This document shows, piece by piece, positions 38,538 to 47,567 of a stretch of DNA of 64,000 nt. The stretch spans positions 19,327-83,326 of the forward strand of contig JAGMBO010000055.1 of NCBI GenBank assembly GCA_023129715.1, given 5' to 3'. The first letter of the stretch is position 1; every line of letters begins with the position of its first letter. The notes below the pieces were generated by a model. It was not told the origin of the DNA. It did not search any database and was given only the letters and a program-made list of their open reading frames with translations. A program made the position numbers and the translations under genes. The DNA is from Candidatus Eiseniibacteriota bacterium. GTDB taxonomy: Bacteria; Eisenbacteria; RBG-16-71-46; CAIMUX01; WJJG01.

Positions 38538-41500
38538 ATGCGTTGCACCCTGGCAGCTCTGGCCGTGATTCTGCTGATCGGCCCCCTCGGCTCGATCCCC
38601 CCGTGCGCGGGGGCCGAGGAACCGGAGTTCGATACGGGACTGGCTTCCGACTTCGAGCTGATCCCCTTGCGCGGTGGTAGCGAATCCGAGAGCGCCGAAC
38701 CGACAATCAGGATCGCGGAAGAGACCGATCGGGGGATCGTGCTCGATTTCGAACTGCCCGCGCTGCGGCAGGTCGCGGTCGAGGCCGAGGGCGGGACCTA
38801 TCAGGTTCTGACCATCGATGATGGCGGCTTCGCCGGAGCTGAGGGGGCGCCGATGGTCCCGACCTACTCCCGCCTGCTGCAGATTCCAGATCGGGCTGGG
38901 GTGACCGTGACCGTCACCCACTTCGAGACCACCGAGCTGAGCGACTATCGCCTACTCCCGATGCAACCCGGGAAGCCCGGCGCCCTCGTGCGCGACGCGG
39001 GCGCCTACGCCCAGGCCGGCTATCCCCAGATCGAACGGGTGCAGATCGGCGAACCGGCGATCGCGCGCAACTTGCGCGTCGTCCCGATTACCTTCCACCC
39101 GGTGCGTCACGATCCTCTCGGCGAGAAAGTCGAGGTCGCCCACCGCATTCAGGTGCGCATCGACTTCACCGGCGAGGATTTGCGCAACGTCAAGACTTTC
39201 CATCATGCGACGATCCCGCCCTCGTTCGACCAGATCTACCGCCACACGGTCGTCAACTACCGCGGCCCCAGCCGCGGACAGACGGTTTCGCTCGGTTCGT
39301 ATGTGATCATCTGCCCGAATAACAGCAGCGTGATCAGTGCTCTCTCGCCGCTGGTCTCGTGGCGGCAACGCAAGGGCTATGAGGTCTATCTGGCAACGAC
39401 TTCCGAGACCGGCTCTACGGTCGCCTCGATTCAGAGTTGGCTGCGCAATGCCTACGAGACCTGGCCCAATCCGCCCGAATACGTCTGCATCGTCGGTGAC
39501 GCCAACGGAACGGTCGCGATTCCCTGCAGCCACTGGAACGGTGGAGAAGGCGATTTCCCCTATGCCATGCTCGACGGGGACGACGCCCTCGCCGACGCGC
39601 ATGTCGGGCGTATCTCGGTCACCAGTTCCACCGAGCTCACCTACTACGTCAACAAGATCGTCGGCTACGAGAGCACACCCTACATGGACGATACTGCTTG
39701 GTATACACGCGGCTGTGTGGTTGGAGATCCGTCCCACTCGGGCTATACAACCATTCAGATCGGCGAGTGGCTGATGCACCAGTTGCTGGACAATGGCTAT
39801 ACGGAAGTCGACACGGTCTTCTCGGTACCGTTTGTCATGGGTATCAACAACGCACTGAACCGTGGCGACACGGTCTTCTGCTACCGCGGCTACTACTGGA
39901 TGAGCGACTATACCACCGGAGACATGCACGCGCTCGGCAATGGCAACAAGATGCCCTTCGGGACGATGATCACCTGTGATACGGGATCCTTCGAAGACGA
40001 CATCGAGTGCCGCAGCGAGGCCTTCATGCGGGCCGTGGGCACGGGAGGGGCACCAAAGGCCGGGATTGCCGCCGTCGGCGCGGCGACGCTCTCTACGCAC
40101 ACCCGCCACAATAACTGCGTCACGTATGGCATTTGGGGTGCCGCGTTCAAGGAGCAGACGTATACCTTCGGCGCCATGTTGACGCGCGGGAAGTACGAGC
40201 TCTATCTCAACTACTCGGGCGGCGACATGAATGGGGTCTGGGAGTTCTGCTACTGGGACAACCTGATGGGCGATCCCGGCGGCGAGCTCTGGACCGGTGT
40301 GCCCCAGGCGATCTCGGTCGATCATCCCGATGAAGTCGCGCTCGGCGCCAGTTCCCTGACCATCAACGTGACCGCCGGTGGGTTCCCCTGCGAGGGCGCG
40401 TATGTCTGTCTGTTCAAGGAGGGCGTCATCCATGTCGGCGGCCACACCGGCAACGATGGTTCGGTCGAGCTTCCCGTCGCCGGAGTCACTGAAGGCCCGA
40501 AGCAGATGACGGTCACCAAGCACGACCACCATCCCTACTTGGGGGAGGTGACCATCGGCCAGCAGAGCCGCTTCGTCGGCTATGCCAGCCACACGATCGA
40601 TGATGACGCCAGCGGCACGAGCTCGGGCAACGGCGACGGCGCGGCGAACCCCGGCGAGCGGATCGAGCTGCCGGTCGAACTCGAGAACTTCGGCACCTCC
40701 AGCGTTCATGTGGTCACCGGCGCGCTGGAGTCTGCCGACCCGTACGTCACGATCTCGGACGCCGTCGAGAGCTTCCCCGATCTCGACGCCGGGGGGAAGG
40801 GCTGGAGCACGGAGGATTTCGACATCGAGATCGCCGGCGGCGCGCCCAATGGCCACACCATCCGGCTCGGCCTCGATGTCTCCTCGGGAGGCGACACCTG
40901 GCACTCGATGATCGAGATTCCGGTCGTCGCCGCCGCGTTCTCCTATGACGGCGCGACGCTCTATGATTTCGGCACGAGCATCGACCCGGGGGAGGAGGGT
41001 GAGCTGAGCGTGCGCATCATCAATGACGGCGATGCAACGGCTGCCAGCCTCGTGGGCACACTCGCGTCCGACAGCCCCTGGCTGGTGGTCACCGATCCCA
41101 ACGGCTCGTTCGCTAGTGTCGCGCCGGGAGCCACCGGCGAGAACACCGGGAACCGCTTCGGCCTCAGCGCTGCCGCCGAGTGCTACCCAGGCCATATCGT
41201 CCCCATGACCCTCGTGTTCCAGTTCTCCTCCGGCGCCCTCGACACCGTGCACTTTGCCCTCCAGGTCGGGGATCCGGGCTCCAGCGATCCCACCGGCCCC
41301 GACGCCTACGGCTACTACGCCTTCGACAACACCGACACCGGCTACCCCGAGGTGCCGACCTACAACTGGGTCGAGATCGCCACGAATCATGGTGGCCCCG
41401 GAACTTCCGCCGGCCTCTCCGACCATAGCTTCGAATACGGCGATTCCGACGTTTTCGACCTGCCCTTCACCTTCCGCTTCTACGGGCAGGACTTCGATCG

Positions 41501-43415
41501 CGTCACGATCTGCTCGAATGGATGGATTGCGATGGGCTACACGCCATTGACCAACTATCGCAATTGGACGATTCCGGCAATCGGGGCGCCCCCCTACCTG
41601 ATCGCTCCGATGTGGGATGGGCTCTATCAGTCAGGAAGCGACCAGGTCTACTACTGGTTCGACTCCTCCGGGCACCGATTCATCGTGCAGTGGAGCCGGG
41701 TGCGCAACGACGTCAACAACTACATCGAAAACTTCGAGGTCATTCTCTACGATCCCGCCTACTACCCCACCGACACCGGTGACGGCATCATCGTCTTCCA
41801 GTACGACACCTTCCGGAAGGGGAACTATACCCACAATTTCTGGACGACCGGCATCGAGAATGGCGATCAAACCGACGGTGTCCTCTACAGCTTCTACGAC
41901 ATGTACAACAGCGGATCATCAACGATCGCCAGCGGCCGGGCGATCAAGTTCATCCCCCTGGCGACCGAGCCACTGGGAACCTTGACCGGCACGGTCGAGA
42001 ACGCAACCCATGCCGGCAACGGCGTGCCGGGCGCCGAGATCAGCCTGCTGGAGCGCTCGGGCACCCTGGTCACCCAGTTCGACGGCAGCTATACGGGACC
42101 GGTTCCGATCGGGACCTACACGCTCGTCGTCACCCACCCGAGTTTCACCTCCGACACCGCCTATGCGGTTCCGATCGTAGAGGGGGAGACGACGGTGCGC
42201 GACTTCACCCTCACCGATATCCTCGGTCCCGCATTCAGCGGAACGACCGACTACGGGAACACGAGCGACAGCGACGGCCCCTACGAGATCTTCACCACCG
42301 CGATCGAGTACTCCGTCGCCGAGGAGTTGTCCCTGATCTACAATCCGGCCGGCGCCGGTTGGGTCACCGTGCCCCTGGAGCATCAGAGCGGCGATCTCTA
42401 CAAGGCGGAGATTCCGGGTCAGCTGCAGGGATCGCTGATCAAGTACTACCTCCATGGGCGTGACAACGGAGGCAACGAGTCCTTCCAGCCCTCCGGCGCG
42501 CCCCCCGAGACGTATGCGTTCTGGGTCGTACCCCCGTTGGTCGATGACGATATGGAGAGCGGCACGGCGGGCTGGACGCACGCGGTCGCCTCGGGTGGGT
42601 TCGTCGATGATTGGCATCACTCCACGGAGCGCAACCACACACCGGGGGGCTCCTATTCCTGGAAGTTCGGCGACAGCGGAAGCGCCACCTACAACAGCCT
42701 GGCCGACGGCGCCCTGGTCACCGAGGCTTTCGCGCTCGACGGGGAAGACGCCACCGTGACCTTCTGGCACTGGATGGACGCCGAGGTGAGTGGCAGCTGG
42801 CCCGGCTACGCCTACGACGGAGGGATGATCGAGATCGAGATCAACGGCGGCGGCTGGAATCAGATCACCCCCGTCGGCGGATACACGCACGTCGTTCGCA
42901 CCGGAGCCGGACCGGGGCCCTACCCGGAGGAGACACCGATCATCTCGGGCACATTCGATTGGACCGAGGCACAGATCGAGTTAGAGGGAATCAGCGGCAC
43001 CGTCCAGCTGCGTTTCCGCTTCGGGAGTGACGGTTATGTCGAGCAAGAGGGCTGGCACATCGACGATATCGAGATTGTGGCGCAGAGTCCCGGGGCTTCC
43101 GACGCACGCGAGCTCACGCTCCGTCCCGAGCGCGTGGCGCTCTATCAGAACCGGCCCAATCCTTTCGGCTCGCTCCGCGGGCAGACGAGCATTCGCTTCG
43201 ATCTTCCGCGCGAGAGCCAGGTGCGTTTGGCAATCTACGATGTCGGCGGGCGTCTGGTCCGGACCCTGGTCCGCGAATCTCTACAGACGGGCCGCTACGA
43301 CATCGAGTGGAACGGCCTCGACGCCGGCGGGCGCCACGTCGAGAGTGGTGTCTACTTCTATATCCTCGATGCGGGCGAGGGGCAGTTATCGCGCCGCCTG
43401 CTGATGTTGCGCTGA
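38538..43415 (+). CDS. Secreted C25 gingipain-like protein, His-less variant, with propeptide, NIDO-like, jelly-roll and FlgD-Ig domains
   Basis: Signal peptide ending AGA; GAPMVP propeptide; VGRIS; FCYRGYY, MITCDTGSF; NLMGDPG; GPDAYGYY; C-terminal SGVYFYIL. Confidence 0.89.
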   Translation: MRCTLAALAVILLIGPLGSIPPCAGAEEPEFDTGLASDFELIPLRGGSESESAEPTIRIAEETDRGIVLDFELPALRQVAVEAEGGTYQVLTIDDGGFAGAEGAPMVPTYSRLLQIPDRAGVTVTVTHFETTELSDYRLLPMQPGKPGALVRDAGAYAQAGYPQIERVQIGEPAIARNLRVVPITFHPVRHDPLGEKVEVAHRIQVRIDFTGEDLRNVKTFHHATIPPSFDQIYRHTVVNYRGPSRGQTVSLGSYVIICPNNSSVISALSPLVSWRQRKGYEVYLATTSETGSTVASIQSWLRNAYETWPNPPEYVCIVGDANGTVAIPCSHWNGGEGDFPYAMLDGDDALADAHVGRISVTSSTELTYYVNKIVGYESTPYMDDTAWYTRGCVVGDPSHSGYTTIQIGEWLMHQLLDNGYTEVDTVFSVPFVMGINNALNRGDTVFCYRGYYWMSDYTTGDMHALGNGNKMPFGTMITCDTGSFEDDIECRSEAFMRAVGTGGAPKAGIAAVGAATLSTHTRHNNCVTYGIWGAAFKEQTYTFGAMLTRGKYELYLNYSGGDMNGVWEFCYWDNLMGDPGGELWTGVPQAISVDHPDEVALGASSLTINVTAGGFPCEGAYVCLFKEGVIHVGGHTGNDGSVELPVAGVTEGPKQMTVTKHDHHPYLGEVTIGQQSRFVGYASHTIDDDASGTSSGNGDGAANPGERIELPVELENFGTSSVHVVTGALESADPYVTISDAVESFPDLDAGGKGWSTEDFDIEIAGGAPNGHTIRLGLDVSSGGDTWHSMIEIPVVAAAFSYDGATLYDFGTSIDPGEEGELSVRIINDGDATAASLVGTLASDSPWLVVTDPNGSFASVAPGATGENTGNRFGLSAAAECYPGHIVPMTLVFQFSSGALDTVHFALQVGDPGSSDPTGPDAYGYYAFDNTDTGYPEVPTYNWVEIATNHGGPGTSAGLSDHSFEYGDSDVFDLPFTFRFYGQDFDRVTICSNGWIAMGYTPLTNYRNWTIPAIGAPPYLIAPMWDGLYQSGSDQVYYWFDSSGHRFIVQWSRVRNDVNNYIENFEVILYDPAYYPTDTGDGIIVFQYDTFRKGNYTHNFWTTGIENGDQTDGVLYSFYDMYNSGSSTIASGRAIKFIPLATEPLGTLTGTVENATHAGNGVPGAEISLLERSGTLVTQFDGSYTGPVPIGTYTLVVTHPSFTSDTAYAVPIVEGETTVRDFTLTDILGPAFSGTTDYGNTSDSDGPYEIFTTAIEYSVAEELSLIYNPAGAGWVTVPLEHQSGDLYKAEIPGQLQGSLIKYYLHGRDNGGNESFQPSGAPPETYAFWVVPPLVDDDMESGTAGWTHAVASGGFVDDWHHSTERNHTPGGSYSWKFGDSGSATYNSLADGALVTEAFALDGEDATVTFWHWMDAEVSGSWPGYAYDGGMIEIEINGGGWNQITPVGGYTHVVRTGAGPGPYPEETPIISGTFDWTEAQIELEGISGTVQLRFRFGSDGYVEQEGWHIDDIEIVAQSPGASDARELTLRPERVALYQNRPNPFGSLRGQTSIRFDLPRESQVRLAIYDVGGRLVRTLVRESLQTGRYDIEWNGLDAGGRHVESGVYFYILDAGEGQLSRRLLMLR

Positions 43416-43503
43416 TCGGGCGCCATCGCCAAGGCGACCAGGCGACTTTCGCCACCGGCGCACGGCGATAGTCCCGGGCGGATTGGGGCGGGGAGCTTCA
43501 AGG

Positions 43504-44142
43504 ATGTTGGGCAAGCCAGGAGGCACACCGCCCGCGCACCGGAGCGGGCGGCCGTACCACCTGTGTGGTGGTTTGGCCGGCGTCTTCCTCGCCGCGCTGC
43601 TTTCCCTTGCCGGCTGCGAACCGTATGGCGCGCCCGCTGCCCCGGGCGCCGATACGGCCAGCGTCTCCTTGGGCGCCGGAATGACGCAGGCCCAGGCCCA
43701 CCTCTTCCTCTACCGCATTACCTCGCGCGAGACGGGTGGGCGCCTCGGGGTCGGCCGCGCGTTCCGGGTCGAGCCCAACCGCCAGGTGCGCGCCGTCCTG
43801 CAGTTCACGGATTGGGATCCGCGGCGCGATGCCCTGATCCACATCATGTGGATCAACCCGGACGGCAAGGAGATCTACACCAAGGAAATCCACGTCATTG
43901 GCGAGGACTGGGCGAGCACCGAGCGCCGGGAGGCCCTGGGCCGCAAACGAATCCGCTTGGAACCGGAGCGTGGATTGTTGGAGATCGAGAGCCGTTTCGG
44001 CATCGACCCGATCCGTCTCGAAGAGGAGCTGCATCGCGATCCGGAGGATCGCTATTTCAAGCTGGGAACCTGGCAGGTGCGGGCCTACCTCTACCGCAAG
44101 CTCTTGCTGCAAACTTCATTCGAGTTGCTTCCGGAGGAGTAG
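43504..44142 (+). CDS. Hypothetical lipoprotein
   Basis: Hydrophobic stretch ending in lipobox LAG-C; globular remainder. Confidence 0.65.
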   Translation: MLGKPGGTPPAHRSGRPYHLCGGLAGVFLAALLSLAGCEPYGAPAAPGADTASVSLGAGMTQAQAHLFLYRITSRETGGRLGVGRAFRVEPNRQVRAVLQFTDWDPRRDALIHIMWINPDGKEIYTKEIHVIGEDWASTERREALGRKRIRLEPERGLLEIESRFGIDPIRLEEELHRDPEDRYFKLGTWQVRAYLYRKLLLQTSFELLPEE

Positions 44143-44249
44143 GCCCGTTTCGGCCAACGAGCCAAGTCGTTTTGGCCGGGGAGACGCACCGATTTCGGCC
44201 AGGGTGGTCATGGTCAGCGAACCGAGAGGCCCACGGGCCGGGCGCCATG

Positions 44250-44258
44250 TGGTATAAT
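44250..44258 (+). promoter_or_regulatory. Extended -10 promoter
   Basis: TGGTATAAT (TGnTATAAT consensus). Confidence 0.75.
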
Positions 44259-44263
44259 CAAGG

Positions 44264-44400
44264 CAGTGGAATCCGCCCACACCCGGCGCGCGCCGACGGT
44301 CCGTCCGCTCCCGCCGGGCAAGACATCCGTGCTTGCCTTGGGGTCCTTGCGGGGCCGCAAGTTCAGACGAAAGCCGGCCTCCGCGGGGCCGGCTTTCCTG
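44264..44400 (+). ncRNA. Candidate structured sRNA or cis-regulatory leader
   Basis: Lies between the perfect extended -10 and an 11-bp terminator-like hairpin; internal stems CCCGGCG/CGCCGGG and CTTGCGG/CCGCAAG. Confidence 0.4.
44368..44400 (+). terminator. Terminator-like hairpin
   Basis: GAAAGCCGGCC/GGCCGGCTTTC inverted repeat; short U tract. Confidence 0.6.
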
Positions 44401-44507
44401 TCTAGGGCGGCCTTCGCCGCGGCCGCGGCGCGGCGCGCCCTGAACCCTGGAGTGCGGATCTTGGATGCACGGTTCGGCCCCCACCCGCCACCAGGAACGA
44501 ATGCACG

Positions 44508-45215
44508 ATGACTCGGCTCGAACGCGAGATCAAACTCGCCCTGACCGCCGACGAACACGCCCGCCTCCGGGCCGCCTGGGACCCCGCCGCTCGCGTCCTG
44601 GAACAGCGCAACTACTACTTGGACACCATCGATGGCCGGCTACAGTGCCACGGCTATGGCTTGCGACTGCGGATCGAAGATGGCCCCGTACATACGCTGA
44701 CGCTCAAAGGTCCCCCGCTCGAGGAGCCGGCGGCACGCGCCGCCGGATACAGCGTGCGCACCGAGCAGGAGGCACACCTCACCGCCGAGCAGGCAGCAGC
44801 GCTGCTCCGGGGCGCTTCTGCTCTGCCGGACCTGCCCTTGCACCTTCCCGCGGAACTGACCGGTGCTGTCCAGGGAGGAGAACTGCAGAACCTCGGCCTG
44901 CTTGCCAATCGGCGCCGCGTCTACGCCGCCGGCCTGCCCATGACGCCCGGCAAAGGGACCATCTCGCCCGGCAAGGACGGACCAACACTGATGCTCGAGC
45001 TCGACGAGAGCCGGTTTCCAGACGGCAGCCGGGACTACGAGCTGGAAATCGAACTGCAGGATCTGCCCCCCGACCAGATTCCTACCAACCGGGCACTGCA
45101 GGATTTCCTGGCCCAATGGGCCATCCCGTGGTGCCCCCGCTCGGCGAGCAAGCTGGCCCGCTTCCTCGAACGCCGCGCCGGGGGAGGGGGGAGCGCCCAG
45201 TGCGGGCCGGCCTAG
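44508..45215 (+). CDS. CYTH-domain protein
   Basis: N-terminal EREIKL (ExExK), QRNYYLDT, LRLR, LELDES...DYELEIE. Confidence 0.9.
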   Translation: MTRLEREIKLALTADEHARLRAAWDPAARVLEQRNYYLDTIDGRLQCHGYGLRLRIEDGPVHTLTLKGPPLEEPAARAAGYSVRTEQEAHLTAEQAAALLRGASALPDLPLHLPAELTGAVQGGELQNLGLLANRRRVYAAGLPMTPGKGTISPGKDGPTLMLELDESRFPDGSRDYELEIELQDLPPDQIPTNRALQDFLAQWAIPWCPRSASKLARFLERRAGGGGSAQCGPA

Positions 45216-45398
45216 CATCGATCCAGGCCTGATCGACGCAGCCAGCGCAGTGACTTTCGGGTGGCGCCCGCACCTTGCGGGGCGATAAGGTGAATGGCAG
45301 AATAGACACTTGCGGCACCGAGGCTTCTCCACTTCCCGGCTTGCCTACGCATCTTGAGCGCCGTCGCGAGCGTGATTCGCCGCAGGAGGGTGCGCCGA

Positions 45399-47567
45399 AT
45401 GGCCAGAGGCAAGGACTCCAAGAAGCGAACCCTGCAGGAGCAGATCAGCACCCAGCACCACCGGGTCCTGGCGCGGTGCTTCGGGGCATCCGCGGACCAG
45501 GTCCTCGATGGTGAATTGGCCGAGAAGTACGCCGCCCTGATCGCGGGGGTTGCCGAGCTGCCGCGCGAGCGGCTGATGGCCTTGCGCTTCTTGCCGGACA
45601 TATCCGTTTCCGCGTCCGGGGCGACCTCGGAGACCGCGCGGGCCAGGCCGCGCGAGCGCGCCTCGGGCGGAGAGGAAGTCGTCCTCTTCCGGCGCATGGC
45701 CGAGGCCTCGGGATCGGGGTTCGGTGTCGCCAACCTGAAAGGCGAGATCAGCTACGTCAACCCGGCCCTCAGCCGCATGCTGGGAGAACCCTCCCCCTCC
45801 CATGCCGTCGGGCGCAGCGTCTACGACTACTATCCCGAAGAGGACTGCGAGCGCCTTCTGCGCGAGGCGATCCCCGCCGCCATCGAACACCGGCAGTGGA
45901 GCGGGGAACTCACGCTGCGCACGATTCAGGGCCGCCTGGTGCCGACGATTCAGAACATCTTCATCGTTCATGGCGAGCACGACGACACCCCCTACTTGGC
46001 CAACCTGATCGTCGATATCAGCGATCGCAAACGGGCCGAGGAGGCGTTGCGCACGTCCGAGGAACGTTTCCGCAGCGTCTTCGATAACGCCACCATCGGG
46101 ATCTACCGCACGACTCCCGACGGGCGCATCCTGATGGCCAACCGGGCGTTACTGCAGATGTTGGGCTGTGAGTCCTTCCGCGAGCTCGCCGAGCGCAACC
46201 TCGAGAAGGACGGTTACGAACCCCGATATTCGCGCAAGGCATTCAAGGACCGGATGGCCCGGGACGGCCAGATACTCGCCGAGGAAGCTGTCTGGCTGCG
46301 CCAGGACGGAATGATTCTGCATGTTCGCGAGAGCGTGCATCTCGCTCGCGATGCCGCAGGCGATATCCTCTATTACGAGGGCACCACCGAGGACATCACC
46401 GATTGGAAGCTGGCCAGCGAGGCCTTGCGAACCAGCGAGGAGAACTTCCGCGCCCTGGCGGAGAACGCCAATGATGGAATCCTGATCACCTGTGGCGAGG
46501 ACCGGCATACTGTCTTCGCCAACCGCCGGGCAACCGAGATTTCCGGCTACACCAAAGAGGAGTTGGTCTCGGTCGGCATGCGCGAGCTGGTGGCGCCCGA
46601 GGAACTCGACAAGCTCGCCGAGCGCATCCGGCGCCGGATCGCGGGCGAGACGGTACCCAGCCACCACGAGACCAAGATCATGCACACGAACGGACAGCGC
46701 GTCCCCGTCGAGATCACCAGCGCCCGCACGAGCTGGGAGGGCCGCGTCGCCAACATTGTGATCCTGCGGGACATCACCCAACGCAAGGCAGCCGAAGCCG
46801 CCCTCCGGGAATCGGAGGAGAAGTACCGCAGCCTCGTCGAGAACATCCGGGATGTCCTCCACTCGATCGATCGCACGGGGAAGGTCACCTACATCAGCCC
46901 GACCGTAGAGCAAGTAGGCGGGTATCGCCCCGAGGAGATCATCGGCAAGTCGATCGACGCACTCATCCACCCCGATGATCTCGAACGGGGCCGCAAGAAC
47001 ATCGCCGCGATCATGGCCGGTAAGCCGCCCGAACCGCACGAGTATCGCCTGCGCCTCAAGTCGGGTGAGTATCGCTGGATGCGCATCTCCAGCCTTCCGG
47101 TCGTCGTGGACGGAGAGATCATCGGCCTGCACGGTGTGATGTCCGACATCCACGACCTGAAGACTACTCAGATCGCTCTCCAGGAATCCGAGCGTCAGTA
47201 CGTCGGCATTCTCGAACAGGCCTCGGACGGCATCGGCATTGCCCAGGATGCGGTCTTGCGGTTCGTCAATCCCGCCTTGGCCCGCATGCTTGGCTACCGG
47301 GTGGACGAGCTGCTGGGCGCGCAGTTCGCCGATCTGATCGAAGTGCCTGAATCGGGCGAAGCCTTGGCGCGCTACGAGAAGGACATGGCGGCCGGCACCG
47401 TCCCCTCCCACCAGCGACTGTGTGTGCGCTGCAAGGACGGAACACGCAAGTGGATCGAGATCGCCGGGTGGCGGCTCGTCCAGTTCCACGGACGCTCGGC
47501 AGCCGTGGGCATTGCCCGCGAAGTAGACGGCCCGGACGAGCGGGATGAGGAGCGCGACTCCCGATGA
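45399..47567 (+). CDS. Cytoplasmic five-PAS sensor protein without kinase or output domain
   Basis: AGGAGG RBS; five PAS/PAC units ending DISDRK, DITDWK, DITQRK, DIHDLK, AREVD; no H/N/G boxes, GGDEF or EAL. Confidence 0.88.
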   Translation: MARGKDSKKRTLQEQISTQHHRVLARCFGASADQVLDGELAEKYAALIAGVAELPRERLMALRFLPDISVSASGATSETARARPRERASGGEEVVLFRRMAEASGSGFGVANLKGEISYVNPALSRMLGEPSPSHAVGRSVYDYYPEEDCERLLREAIPAAIEHRQWSGELTLRTIQGRLVPTIQNIFIVHGEHDDTPYLANLIVDISDRKRAEEALRTSEERFRSVFDNATIGIYRTTPDGRILMANRALLQMLGCESFRELAERNLEKDGYEPRYSRKAFKDRMARDGQILAEEAVWLRQDGMILHVRESVHLARDAAGDILYYEGTTEDITDWKLASEALRTSEENFRALAENANDGILITCGEDRHTVFANRRATEISGYTKEELVSVGMRELVAPEELDKLAERIRRRIAGETVPSHHETKIMHTNGQRVPVEITSARTSWEGRVANIVILRDITQRKAAEAALRESEEKYRSLVENIRDVLHSIDRTGKVTYISPTVEQVGGYRPEEIIGKSIDALIHPDDLERGRKNIAAIMAGKPPEPHEYRLRLKSGEYRWMRISSLPVVVDGEIIGLHGVMSDIHDLKTTQIALQESERQYVGILEQASDGIGIAQDAVLRFVNPALARMLGYRVDELLGAQFADLIEVPESGEALARYEKDMAAGTVPSHQRLCVRCKDGTRKWIEIAGWRLVQFHGRSAAVGIAREVDGPDERDEERDSR

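Noticed and set aside
38952-41426. 824-aa minus-strand ORF (likewise 21069-22613, 35656-38337, 46149-47489, 55017-56639)
   Set aside because: Antisense shadows of well-supported genes with no recognisable domains.
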